Below are positions 1 through 10,388 of a DNA stretch of 64,000 nucleotides, one piece after another (positions within the stretch are counted from its first letter, which is position 1; every line of letters begins with the position of its first letter). The stretch is from assembly GCA_963835575.1 (NCBI GenBank), contig CAWIGG010000003.1, forward strand, positions 256,001 through 320,000, given 5' to 3'. Source of the DNA: an uncultured Spirochaetota bacterium. GTDB lineage: Bacteria > Spirochaetota > Brevinematia > Brevinematales > JAOACQ01. The notes beneath the pieces are model-generated. The model saw nothing but the letters and a program-made list of their open reading frames with translations. It was not told where the DNA came from and made no database searches. Both the position numbers and the translations under genes were made by a program.

Positions 1-344
1 AGCAGCTGTCGAATGTTTAGAAAAGGATTGGGAGCTTATGATCGAATTTTATAACTGTCCGGCGGAACATTGGGTACATATCCGTACGACAAACGTAATA
101 GAATCTACCTTCTCTACAGTTCGATTAAGAACTAAAAAGATGAGAGGCTGCGGAACCAGGGAAACGATTCTAATAATGGTCTATAAATTACTGGATAAGG
201 CATCCAGGCGATGGAGAAAATTAAGAGGTTATGAAAAGATTAGCCTTGTATTGGAAGGCGCTGTTTTTGAGAACGGAGAGCTTGTAAAAAAGGCAGCATA
301 AAAAAATGAGAGGGTATGTCATACACAACATTTGACAAAAACTC
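1..344 (+). mobile_element. IS256-family element, 3' part (cut by window edge)
   Basis: Transposase C-terminus (stop at 301) and right end ...ACACAACATTTGACAAAAACTC match the full copies at 1323 and 34335. Confidence 0.95.
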
Positions 345-929
345 AATAAGATATCAAAGTCAAATAATAAAAACAATTCGCCACTAATCACAAAAATTAT
401 AATTGGCTGTATTATAGGCACAATATTTGGTATTATATTAACTAATCTGCCTCAACAGCAAAATAAAGAACCTGATAAAAGGGCAATAAGAATTGAACAA
501 TTAAAAAAGCTGAAATATGCAGCTAATAATCAATTTCAAAAATATACACCAGAACAATTGTTGCATATTATAAATAGAGATTATGTCCATTACAACTCAG
601 AATCTTATTTACATGGAGACATGGGGTATTATCAAGATCCCTACGTCACCCTTATTACAAGAAAGGGTGATTGTAAAGCATATGCAATGTTATTTTTAAC
701 CATAATGAGAGCTGTCTATGGAGTTTCACCTAAATTTGTGGTTATTCATATTGAAGGCGATGAATACCATGCTCTTGTAGAGTGGGAAGATACATTTTAT
801 GACCTGACATGGAATGAGGTTTATCCTGAGTCCCAATTTGGAGTTATTCATCCATCATATTCTGTTGACCAGAAATACACATATGATGATGCAATTTCTA
901 TGATAAATTTTCAGGAAGATGAACAATAA
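345..929 (+). pseudogene. Membrane-anchored transglutaminase-like cysteine protease, N-terminus cut by IS256
   Basis: Frame is open from the IS end at 345 (NKISKS..., TM segment IIIGCIIGTIFGIIL) into ORF 558-929, which has a GDCKAYA / HALVE / YDLT Cys-His-Asp pattern. Confidence 0.7.
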
Positions 930-1322
930 TAATTCATTTAATCTTTAATTAATTCATTAAATATATCAGTAAAATACATAGTTATTGAATCATAATAGGC
1001 TTCAAATACTGTAATTAATGATGAATCTAAAGATTTCTTATTTTCTAAATTTAATACTTCAATGACAATATATCTACTCACTCTATAAATTGGGTCTTTA
1101 AAATTAGAATTTTCATAATATTTATTTACATCACCATCAAAGTATATTTTAATAATATCTTCTTTTCCTTCAATATAAAATAAGGTTTTAAGATTGTTAA
1201 TGTGCCTTAATAGATATTCTTCAAAACTTTTTTCTTTTTCAATAGCTTTATTGGAAAGGAGAGTATCTGTAATATTATTAGTAAAAAAAGAATATATATT
1301 AGCATATGAAATTGTATGAAGT

Positions 1323-2718
1323 GAGTTTTTGTCAAATGTTGTGTATGACATACCCTCTCATTTTTTTATGCTGCCTTTTTTACAAGCTCTCCGTTCTCAA
1401 AAACAGCGCCTTCCAATACAAGGCTAATCTTTTCATAACCTCTTAATTTTCTCCATCGCCTGGATGCCTTATCCAGTAATTTATAGACCATTATTAGAAT
1501 CGTTTCCCTGGTTCCGCAGCCTCTCATCTTTTTAGTTCTTAATCGAACTGTAGAGAAGGTAGATTCTATTACGTTTGTCGTACGGATATGTACCCAATGT
1601 TCCGCCGGACAGTTATAAAATTCGATCATAAGCTCCCAATCCTTTTCTAAACATTCGACAGCTGCTGGATATTTAGGATTAAAAACCGCCTGGAATAATT
1701 CAAAAGCTTTGATAGCATTATCCTTATCAGGAGCATTGCATATCTCATGAAGCATCTCTTTTGCCTTTGACTGTAATACTTTGGGCAGCTTGTTTAGAAT
1801 GTTCTTTATCTTATGAACCCAGCATCTCTGCCATCTGGATTCAGGATATACTTCTTTGGCTGCTTTCCAGAATCCAAGGCTTCCGTCTCCGATAAAAAGA
1901 ATAGGACCTTTCAAACCTTTTTCTTTTAGGTTTCTTAATATCCCTAACCAAGTCTCGGAATTCTCTCTGTAACCTTCTTCAACAAGAATAATCTCCTTTT
2001 CACCATTCTCATTGGCTCCGATCATTACAAGAGTGCATAAACGCTCTTCGCTGCCCTGTACATTGAAGTAAATGCCGTCAACCCATATATAGCAATACTT
2101 TTTATCGCTTAAATCGGATGTCCGCCACTCATCATATTCTTTACCCCATCCTTGTTTCATTCTGCTTATACTTGAGGCTGATAATCCTTTCGCTTCTTCA
2201 CCAAGCAATCCTCTCAAGGCATTCTCCATATCCATCTCTGAGACTCCATAGAGATACAACAATGGAATGGCTTCCTCAATTCTCAGGCTTTTTCTCATAT
2301 ACGGCGGTACTATTAGGCTTTGAAAATTGTCGCCTCCGAGTCGGTTCCTTGTTCTCGGAATACATACATCAATAGCCCCTCCACCAATGAGAATCTGACG
2401 GGCTTTATGATACCCATTTCTTACTATTGCCTTTCTCCCGTCTTCGATAGTTAAATGCTCTCTCTCCTGAAGAAACCCATTAATTTCATCTTCCAGAGCC
2501 TTCTTGATTATTTCCCTGGCCCCGATCCTTGCCAATTCTTCAAGACATAAAAATTCTACTGTTTCATCTTGATTAAAAGCCTGTAAGAGCTTAAAATCTT
2601 CGTTGTGCTTCGGCATATGGCGTATTCCTCCTTTTGTTTATTGTCGTAAATAAATTATAGAGGGTACGCCATCTTTTTTATAATATTTATTCCTATACAC
2701 AACTTTCTATTATAACTC
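1323..2718 (-). mobile_element. IS256-family insertion sequence, 1396 bp, 8-bp TSD TATGAAGT
   Basis: Imperfect terminal IRs GAGTTTTTGTCAAATGTTGTGTAT / ATACACAACTTTCTATTATAACTC; TSD at 1315-1322 and 2719-2726. Confidence 0.96.
1366..2616 (-). CDS. IS256-family (mutator-type) DDE transposase
   Basis: 416 aa with RNGY, WVDG, IGDG, QRCWVHK and RTTNVIES motifs. Confidence 0.96.
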   Translation of the reverse strand: MPKHNEDFKLLQAFNQDETVEFLCLEELARIGAREIIKKALEDEINGFLQEREHLTIEDGRKAIVRNGYHKARQILIGGGAIDVCIPRTRNRLGGDNFQSLIVPPYMRKSLRIEEAIPLLYLYGVSEMDMENALRGLLGEEAKGLSASSISRMKQGWGKEYDEWRTSDLSDKKYCYIWVDGIYFNVQGSEERLCTLVMIGANENGEKEIILVEEGYRENSETWLGILRNLKEKGLKGPILFIGDGSLGFWKAAKEVYPESRWQRCWVHKIKNILNKLPKVLQSKAKEMLHEICNAPDKDNAIKAFELFQAVFNPKYPAAVECLEKDWELMIEFYNCPAEHWVHIRTTNVIESTFSTVRLRTKKMRGCGTRETILIMVYKLLDKASRRWRKLRGYEKISLVLEGAVFENGELVKKAA

Positions 2719-4170
2719 TATGAAGTTCACGAATGTTGTTATCCCAGGCACTAAAATTATTTAAAGCAAAATCTATGTAGTTAAACATAAATAATATCAC
2801 AAATGCAAAAATAATTCGCCCTTCAATTTCATCATTGTATTTGCAATATTCTGAGACTGCTGTTTTGATAATGGGCAAGTTGTTAATGATTTTATCTTCT
2901 ATATATGAATTATAAACAGTTTTGGAAAACAGTTCAGTAAATTCTTCATTATCTTGAGAAATGTTTTCTCTTTTAAAATATATGGATGAGGTTTTGAGCT
3001 CAACTTTTGGATTTTCTTCATTTGAATTCTTTAAATCTTTATATTTTTGTTTATTATTTGTATCATTTCCAGCACCAGCTTTTATCAAGGTTTGTATAAC
3101 TTCGGATTGCCCTTCTTTGTTAGCTATCATGAGAACAGTCTTACCATGAATATCTGTTGCATTTATATTTGCTCCATAATCAATCAGTGCTTTAACGGAA
3201 TTATAATCACAATTTTGAATTGCGATCATCAAAGCTGTCATACCTTCATTATCACTAATATTGACATCAGCACCAGCCTCAATCAAAGTTTTAACAACAG
3301 TAAGTTCTCTGTTATAAATAGCATCCATTAAAGGTGTCCATCCAACTTTATCTTTAGCATTTACATCTGCTCCAGCTTTGATTAATAATTCAACAACATC
3401 ATTTTTACCTACTGAAGCGGCAGAAAATAAAGCAGTTTCCCCACTCTCCCCTGTCATATTTATATTAGTCCCAGCTTCGATTAATATTTTTACAGAATCT
3501 AATTGCCCTTTTGAGGCTGCAAAAGACAAAGCAGTAGAACCTTCTAATGTCTTATTAACATCGGCACCCGCTTCAATCAATACTCTAACCGCATCTACTT
3601 GCCCACTATTTGCTGCATGTATTAAAGCTGTCCAACCATGTTTATTCTGATCGTTTACATCAGCCCCTGCCTCAATCAATAATTTAATTGCATCAGCTTT
3701 TCCACATTCGGCTGCTTTGATTAATGCCGTTTCGTTGAAGTCATCTTTCGCATTAATATTAGCTCCAGCCTCAATCAATGCTTTAATTACATCCGTTTTT
3801 CCTTCGCTAGCAGCCCACATTAAAGCTGTTGAATTTGTATTCTCAGTTGAATTAACATTAGCCCCCGCTTTAATTAATGTATTAACTGCTTCTGTCAGTC
3901 CATTGTTGGATGAGAATAATAAAGCCGAATTACCATATTTATCTTTTACATTAACATTGGCTCCTTTTTTGATTAATTCTATGACAGCTTCAGGTTTCTT
4001 ATTGTAGGCCGCATAAATTAGTGGTGTCCAGCCATCTTCATTTATAGAATTAATATTACCTCTATAATTCTTGATAAATTCAATATCACCATTTTGAATT
4101 GCTTTAAATATGTCCACCTTTTACCCCTTAATATACCAGAGTAATTATAACATATTTATTATAAGAAATT

Positions 4171-4563
4171 TCATTCTTTCTTCCCCATCTCCTCAACACA
4201 ATCAAGCCCAGCATTGATGAGTAGATCATTGAACATGACCTTCTTCTCATTTATCCTGGCTGCATTTGGGAATGCTTTGCCATCAATAATCTTGTCCCTG
4301 GCTTCCTGCAGCTTGTCGTTAATGAAGTCGTAGAACCACATCTTCAGGTGGACTTTGCCCTTGATTGCCTTGCCTATGACTTTGCCCTTTGTCTTAAGCA
4401 GGCTTTCACAACCGTTCTTGATGATAAACTCATTGTAAAAGCGAGCTTTGCCAGCAAACAGCTTCTCTTCATATTTCTTCTCTACTGCAAAATACCTGTC
4501 ATATGTGGACTTTGAAACTGTGAAAGTGCTGAAGGACAGCTTTTCTGTGGCAATATTCTTCCC
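4171..4563 (-). pseudogene. Start-less 130-codon ORF fragment, unknown function
   Basis: Manual translation GKNIATEKLSFSTF...CVEEMGKKE*, bounded upstream by TAG; higher GC than its flanks; absent from the ORF track. Confidence 0.55.
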
Positions 4564-4575
4564 CTAATATTTTTG

Positions 4576-6060
4576 CTAATTGTCTTGTAAAACACTTTCT
4601 TTTTGTTCCTCGAAATATTGATATAAATTATTCTCGTATTCATAGAGTTGCTCTTCGGTGTAAATGAATAAATAATCGAGGATTGCTTTATTGATTGCTA
4701 AATACCTGATGTCAGATTCTCTCAATCGCGCCAGGATGTTTGCCATATAAACAATATAAACAACAGATTTATCAGGAAGCGGAGCAGACATTGGCTGATG
4801 ATGGAATTGAATTGCGGAAATAACAGAGTCCGGGAAATTCCATTTTCGAACTATCTCAGCGCCTAATGTTGCATGCGATAAACCCAGGGCCAATTTCTCT
4901 ATTATGTCCTCGTTTATTCCTTTATCCTCACAATGCTTTTTTATATTATCCAGCAAATTGGGATGCAAGAATTTTAAAACTATTTTTCCTATGTCATGTA
5001 ATAGTCCTCCCAAGTAACACTCATCTGCCATTGTCAAAAGGTTTTTGTCCCTGCAAATTTTATAAGCATAGGAAGCGCAGCGGAATGCATGTTCCCAAAT
5101 TTCCTCCTGTAATCCGTATTTCCCAGAAAATACCTTCTGCACACCTAGGGAATACAATAGATTTTTTAAACCATTTATTCCAATAAATGATAAGGCATTC
5201 AAAATATTGCTGACCTTCGATGTCAGCATGTACTGAGCTGAATTAACCAACCGGAGAATATCGGACGTTAAACCCAGGTCGCTATGAATAATTGCCGCAA
5301 CCCGTCCAAAATCAACAGCTTCATTACAGATTAAATTGAGAATATGAGTTATGTTTTCCGGAAACGCGGGTAATTCGTCGATTTCTTTTGCGATATCGTC
5401 CGAAATCAAAATTGCTTTTTTAGTACTCACAGAATCTAAAGGTATTTTTATAGTTATTTTTGTTTTACCCATTGCATCGTCAGATTTAAATATATAAGCA
5501 GAATCATCCAGTCCCAAATGCCGCAGCATCATCAGGGATGTAATTATTCCCAGACCGGCGCTTTCTTCTTTATTAGACAATGTAGTATAGGCTTCAAGAA
5601 TATCACGGGTTTTTTTGAAATTTATAAAGATATTTGCGATTCTATTTTTTTCTTGGTCGGTCATTGAAACATTATTGATAACATAAAATTCAAATACCCG
5701 GTCTTTAAGGTGAAAGCCGATTTGAGTGTTAAACGAAAATTTGTGTAAAGTATTTTCATAGTAGGTCCGGTTTTTGTTTATATCAATTAAAAAATGTTTC
5801 ATCACATCGTCATAGGTCTTTTTATTATTTATATCCCAGTTATTCATTAAAAAATAAGCCCTCTTCAAGAGAGCCCTCTTGGTGTTATCAATCAACTCGC
5901 GAAATATGTAGGAAATTTCATCTTTTAATAACGATAAATTGATTGAATCTAAAATTGAATTTAAGACAGAATTCAATTCATCGATATTTTTGTCAGAAAT
6001 ATACAGGTAGTTAAAAACAATCGGTTTCGTTTTTATATTATCAACAATTACATCATTCAT
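4576..6060 (-). CDS. HDOD-domain signalling protein with N-terminal HATPase-like region
   Basis: LPAFPE, ILRLVNSA, GLLHDIGK, HATLG, IQFHH; N-terminal RELIDN / SAGLG; start moved to ATG 6060 after a GGGGA RBS. Confidence 0.88.
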   Translation of the reverse strand: MNDVIVDNIKTKPIVFNYLYISDKNIDELNSVLNSILDSINLSLLKDEISYIFRELIDNTKRALLKRAYFLMNNWDINNKKTYDDVMKHFLIDINKNRTYYENTLHKFSFNTQIGFHLKDRVFEFYVINNVSMTDQEKNRIANIFINFKKTRDILEAYTTLSNKEESAGLGIITSLMMLRHLGLDDSAYIFKSDDAMGKTKITIKIPLDSVSTKKAILISDDIAKEIDELPAFPENITHILNLICNEAVDFGRVAAIIHSDLGLTSDILRLVNSAQYMLTSKVSNILNALSFIGINGLKNLLYSLGVQKVFSGKYGLQEEIWEHAFRCASYAYKICRDKNLLTMADECYLGGLLHDIGKIVLKFLHPNLLDNIKKHCEDKGINEDIIEKLALGLSHATLGAEIVRKWNFPDSVISAIQFHHQPMSAPLPDKSVVYIVYMANILARLRESDIRYLAINKAILDYLFIYTEEQLYEYENNLYQYFEEQKESVLQDN

Positions 6061-6133
6061 TACACATTCCCCAAAGGAAAATCTACGGTTTTTAATTAAT
6101 ATTTTCAAATAAAAAAATAGATTTAAAGTAATA

Positions 6134-6336
6134 GGGGTTACCTTGGAATTCGGAAAAAATAGTACGCTAACGAAATATAAATCTATCCATCTTATTATAT
6201 AATAAGAACTTAAAAATATCATCAATTTCAGATGATAACCCAAATCTTATGATTTTATCGGATTCAGTAACTCTTTACCCGGTAATGATATTATAATTCT
6301 TAACGTACAAAAATATCCAAATTCCAAGGTAACCCC
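6134..6336. mobile_element. Tn3-derived MITE, 203 bp, copy A
   Basis: 38-bp IRs GGGGTTACCTTGGAATTCGGAAAAAATAGTACGCTAAC / GGGGTTACCTTGGAATTTGGATATTTTTGTACGTTAAG; near-identical copy at 20463-20665; no TSD. Confidence 0.85.
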
Positions 6337-6888
6337 ATGTACAGCGCCGTGATCCGGCTCATGGGTTTCTGCGGTCTCCGGGCCTCTGAAGTTATCGGAC
6401 ATGAAAAACGTGAGGGGGGCGGCCTCCGGATCCGGGACATTGATCTTACTTCCGGAGAAATTATAATCAGGGACGCGAAGGACACCAGGGCGAAAGAAAA
6501 ACGGCAGAAGAAGAACAAAACAGGGCGGGTAGTCTTCGCCCAAGGGGAAACCCTCGAGGCTATGCGGTCCTGGTGGACGAAAACAAGATCCTTCCTACCC
6601 GGCCAGGATCCGGAAGATTATTTTTTCTGTAACCGGTTCGGGGGAAAAATTAACAACAGCCAGCTGAGGAGAGCATTTCGTATATACGGTGCCAAGGCCG
6701 GGATCCCGCAAGAAAAGCGTCATCCCCATGCATTACGACATTCAGCCGGTACGCGGTTTTATAAGGTTACAAAAGACCTGCTTATAACTCAAAAAATACT
6801 CGGCCATGCAAACGCCCATGAAACCGTCCGTTATGCCCATGTATCCGGCGCTGACATCGAGGAAACGATGAAAAGGGTATTGGGGTAA
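6337..6888 (+). CDS. Short tyrosine recombinase, copy 1 (N-terminally truncated, catalytic residues intact)
   Basis: GLRASE, HALRH, LGH, TVRY. Confidence 0.9.
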   Translation: MYSAVIRLMGFCGLRASEVIGHEKREGGGLRIRDIDLTSGEIIIRDAKDTRAKEKRQKKNKTGRVVFAQGETLEAMRSWWTKTRSFLPGQDPEDYFFCNRFGGKINNSQLRRAFRIYGAKAGIPQEKRHPHALRHSAGTRFYKVTKDLLITQKILGHANAHETVRYAHVSGADIEETMKRVLG

Positions 6889-7156
6889 TTTGAACTGACC
6901 TATTTGTCGAATTTAAATTTTTCATTTGAACTTATAGTCATTCCACTTTCCAGTAAATTTTTCAAAATATCTGTTAATTCAATACATCTACTAACACTAC
7001 ATATCCATCTCATAATGTTTTTATATTCAGATTCAAATTTAAGATCCATATACATTTCAAGTAGATATTTTTTATTTGGTTCAGTATAATCGGTTTTTAT
7101 TGCTACGCTATTATAATCTTTGATTGATAATGATATTTCGTTGATTATATATAATA

Positions 7157-8732
7157 CCTAAATTCCCAAAGTAAAAATACCAAATGGGGCCCCAATCTGT
7201 TATAATATATTGCTTTACAAAACAACAGAAGGAGCACCCAAATGGTGAAAAACATCAAAGTTGGTTTTACGGCGCAGGATTTGAGCAGCGTGAGCGGGAT
7301 TTATCCCGTGCTGGTATTTTTGAAAAAGATTGGGTTCAATCAGTTGCTCAAAAAATTTATTCCAGCGCGGGAATATTGTAACCAGAAATTCTCGTTCGAG
7401 CAAATTATTACGGGAATCGTGTGCGCGCTGATGGCAGGGTATAACCGGATCAAGAAGGTCGAGAATTTTACTGAAGATCCATTGTTCCGGGCAGCTCTGG
7501 GCTTGAAAGGGCCGATCAGTGATTCTACGATCATCAAGCGGATTGAAAACGTTGGTATGAAAGAATCTTACGCGATGAATGAGTTGAACGGAAAGCTTTC
7601 CCGCAAAGTCCACGCGAAGTTCCGGGTAAAAACGAAAATCGTGGACTGCGATTCGACCGTCAAGACGGTTTACGGAAGCCAGGAAGGAGCGGCGGCAGGC
7701 TACAATCCGCATAAAAAGGGAGCGAAGAGCTATCATCCGCTTCTGGCATTCCTGAACAGCACAAGGGAATGTATTCTCTCCTATTTCAGGCCGGGCGACG
7801 CTTACACAGCGAATAACGCGCCTGAATTTATCCGGCACATTTACGGAATACTCCATACCGGCTGGAAAAAACTTGTGTTCCGGATGGACAGCGGATTTTT
7901 CGACGGAAGGATTTTCGATGTCATCGAAGAAATGAAAGGGGCTTTTTTTCTGGTCAAAGCCAAAATGAAAAACCTCGCGGCGTTTCTGGAAAACAGGGGT
8001 TGGACAGCGGTTCCGGATCGAAGCGGCTGGGAACAGGCGGAATTTGAGTACCGGGCGCATGGATGGAAACATGCGAGGCGGTTCATAGCTGTCAGAAAGC
8101 TGATCCGGATAGAAACGGAAGGGCTGGTATTCCCGAAAGCGGTTTATGACTATTTTTGCTATTGTACGAATATGCGTTTGAAACCTTGGCAGGGCCATAA
8201 ATTTTACGGTGACCGGGGTACGTGTGAAAACTGGATCGAAGCCGTGAAGCAGCAGATGTTCGCCGGGATGCTTCTGACGCAAGATTTCTGGGTGAATGAT
8301 TTTCTGTGGAGCTGCAGCGTGCTGGCGTATAACGTTGGAATCTGGATGCGGTATCTGGTTGACCGGAAAAGTCACCGGGAAGAACCGGAAACATTCCGGG
8401 CGTGGTTTATTCGGGTTGCGGGGAAAATCGTGAGACAGGGCCATCAGGTAAAACTGGTGTTGAGCCGTTATTTTGCGGATAAGGACCGGTGGCGGAAATT
8501 TTACTGCCACTTATGTGAGCTGCAGATATAGCGAGTTCCCAACCGGATGATGTGAAGGCCGCCACAAGGGTGTGTTGCGCCCGGAGCAGCGGAATTTGTG
8601 GATTTACGAGTATTCAGGCATCGCCAAGGCTTGTAATTGCAGCAGCCGCGAGACTGGGATGATAAACCGATGCCAAGCAGTGCCGCGCAAGGCTGATTTC
8701 AAGCGGAAATCGCGGAACTCTGGGAATTTAGG
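7157..8732 (+). mobile_element. IS1380-family element, 1576 bp, 5-bp TSD TAATA
   Basis: IRs CCTAAATTCCCAAAGT / ACTCTGGGAATTTAGG; TAATA on both sides. Confidence 0.93.
7242..8531 (+). CDS. IS1380-family transposase
   Basis: DCDST..YGSQEGA..GYN, YHPL, RMDSGF, RGTCENWIE. Confidence 0.93.
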   Translation: MVKNIKVGFTAQDLSSVSGIYPVLVFLKKIGFNQLLKKFIPAREYCNQKFSFEQIITGIVCALMAGYNRIKKVENFTEDPLFRAALGLKGPISDSTIIKRIENVGMKESYAMNELNGKLSRKVHAKFRVKTKIVDCDSTVKTVYGSQEGAAAGYNPHKKGAKSYHPLLAFLNSTRECILSYFRPGDAYTANNAPEFIRHIYGILHTGWKKLVFRMDSGFFDGRIFDVIEEMKGAFFLVKAKMKNLAAFLENRGWTAVPDRSGWEQAEFEYRAHGWKHARRFIAVRKLIRIETEGLVFPKAVYDYFCYCTNMRLKPWQGHKFYGDRGTCENWIEAVKQQMFAGMLLTQDFWVNDFLWSCSVLAYNVGIWMRYLVDRKSHREEPETFRAWFIRVAGKIVRQGHQVKLVLSRYFADKDRWRKFYCHLCELQI

Positions 8733-9067
8733 TAATACTTTATTTTTTGCAAAATCTAATGAATGTTCATAACCATATTTATCCAAGGTCATATTTTTTG
8801 GATACCCCATTATACGAAATAATTTCGGAATCTCTTTGTCATATTTCATATAAAGATAGTCAACCTTAATGTTGTCTGATTTATTGCCAAAAATTATAAA
8901 ATATTCATAATCCAACGTTGATTGGTTTATGGAAGTATCAGGAAGCTTTGCTATTATTATATATATAAATCCTAATAGCGGATGATAACCCCTTGATATA
9001 ATAAAATCACCCATAATATCCTCTTATAATCATTTATTATTAGCACTTTTATAACTAATTGGGTTAC

Positions 9068-9259
9068 TTACTCTTCATCTTTTTTATGAATATCCATTTC
9101 CTCGCCCATTTTAATACTTCTAAGTGCGGATATCTGAGGTTTTACCGGAGGTTCAGGTTGCGGTTTAGTTTCTATCTTTGGAACTTTGTTATTCTGAGCC
9201 TGAGTATTTACAACTGGTTGCTGATCAGCTTTTAAAGGGGTTTTATCTTCATTTGATAT
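9068..9259 (-). CDS. Small Pro-rich peptide (63 aa, ATA start or decayed start)
   Basis: Manual translation ISNEDKTP...PPVKPQISALRSIKMG...DEE*; AGGGG RBS-like sequence upstream. Confidence 0.45.
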   Translation of the reverse strand: MSNEDKTPLKADQQPVVNTQAQNNKVPKIETKPQPEPPVKPQISALRSIKMGEEMDIHKKDEE

Positions 9260-9268
9260 AAATAACCC

Positions 9269-9400
9269 CTAACGTCCACCCGGAACTTTATTAGTCTCGG
9301 GAGTATGTTTGCCTTCTTTAATGCTCCTAATCCCCGATGGAACTGGTTTTTGTGGTGGTGCATTTGTATTAATTTTAGGTTCCTTGTTATCGTTTGCCAT
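9269..9400 (-). CDS. Small Pro-rich peptide (43 aa)
   Basis: AAGGAG RBS; MANDNKEPKINTNAPPQKPVPSGIRSIKEGKHTPETNKVPGGR*. Confidence 0.6.
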   Translation of the reverse strand: MANDNKEPKINTNAPPQKPVPSGIRSIKEGKHTPETNKVPGGR

Positions 9401-9411
9401 AATATAACTCC

Positions 9412-10065
9412 TTATTTTTTGTTTGCCGCCGCTGATATTTTGTTTGTAGCGGTGGGGGTTTCAAATTTTAAAATTTTATTTGTTATTTCAACTTTAGTAA
9501 TACTCTCTTTTGGATATTTAAAAAGCGAATATGAATAAAAACAATATGTAAAAAATATTAAAATCAGAGTAAACGCAATAAACACATGCGTCGTATAAAG
9601 ATACCCTGATTTTTCATCATTTGTCACCGTGTTTGCATCAACTGCATTAGTATAATAATTTATGAACAATTCGTCATCATCATTATTAATATTTTCTTCT
9701 TTCTGTGCGGTCGATAAATTATTGAAAAAGGGATCGTCGTAATAATTTTTAATATCATTTAAATCTTTAAGAATACTTGATGGCAAAGGAAGATATTTAT
9801 ATTCGTGACCAAGATAAAACTTATATAAGTAAAAGATTGATGCTAAAAATAAAGCAATACTTATTCCTAACAGAATTAGTGTAACAACCTCAAATTTACA
9901 ATTTAAAATTTTATCCAACAACCCTTGAGATATATAGATTAAAGTCGCCCCAGATATTGATAATAGGGTAATAGTTATATTTGACTGATTATTTAGGTCA
10001 TTTTTTCTGGTGAACTCAAAAGCGTATAATGATTTTAGCATTTCAGCAGTTTCATTACGATTCAT
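9412..10065 (-). CDS. Hypothetical membrane protein (about 3 TM helices)
   Basis: 217-aa ORF with three hydrophobic segments. Confidence 0.75.
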   Translation of the reverse strand: MNRNETAEMLKSLYAFEFTRKNDLNNQSNITITLLSISGATLIYISQGLLDKILNCKFEVVTLILLGISIALFLASIFYLYKFYLGHEYKYLPLPSSILKDLNDIKNYYDDPFFNNLSTAQKEENINNDDDELFINYYTNAVDANTVTNDEKSGYLYTTHVFIAFTLILIFFTYCFYSYSLFKYPKESITKVEITNKILKFETPTATNKISAAANKK

Positions 10066-10182
10066 AACGCCCCCATAAAAACAGTGATAAATTCTATGAT
10101 TAATACCAAATTTAATTATATGTTGTTAAATCAAGAATGTCAATCGGGTACGCAAGATGCCCCGCCTTGATAACTCCCTATA

Positions 10183-10220
10183 GGGGTCGGCTCACGAAAC
10201 GGAAATTTAACCACGTTAAG
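10183..10220 (+). repeat. Tn3-family 38-bp terminal IR
   Basis: GGGGTCGGCTCACGAAACGGAAATTTAACCACGTTAAG (GGGG...ACGTTAAG signature). Confidence 0.85.
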
Positions 10221-10297
10221 GATTTTCAATGGGGGTAAGTTAGGCTGATCCTACGCCAGCCCCTCAGCCTGGTTACTCTGACCAAACTGTAAAATAA

Positions 10298-10374
10298 GTA
10301 CCGAAAATAACTTTACAATTCCGAAAGTCCCGGATATACTAAATTGAGTACCGAAAATACATTATTTTCGGTAC
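10298..10374. promoter_or_regulatory. Putative recombinase binding/resolution site
   Basis: Palindrome GTACCGAAAATA-CAT-TATTTTCGGTAC (10348-10374) plus a direct copy GTACCGAAAATA at 10298, just upstream of the recombinase. Confidence 0.65.
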
Positions 10375-10388
10375 ATGAGGCTATTTTA

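Larger units (their letters stand above)
938..4117 (-). pseudogene. Large ankyrin-repeat protein (about 10 repeats plus unique C-domain) interrupted by IS256
   Basis: ORFs 2693-4117 and 938-1351 rejoin in frame (NNIRELH-TISYANIY) once the IS and one TATGAAGT copy are removed. Confidence 0.92.
6900..9014 (-). pseudogene. Hypothetical protein interrupted by IS1380
   Basis: KNKVL (8733 side) rejoins YIINEISLS...FKFDK* (7151-6900) in frame after removing the IS and one TAATA. Confidence 0.8.

Noticed and set aside
1..2718. Composite transposon formed by the two inverted IS256 copies
   Set aside because: The 1323-2718 copy has its own TSD inside the ankyrin gene, so it is an independent insertion
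7215..8510. 431-aa minus-strand ORF
   Set aside because: Antisense shadow of the IS1380 transposase
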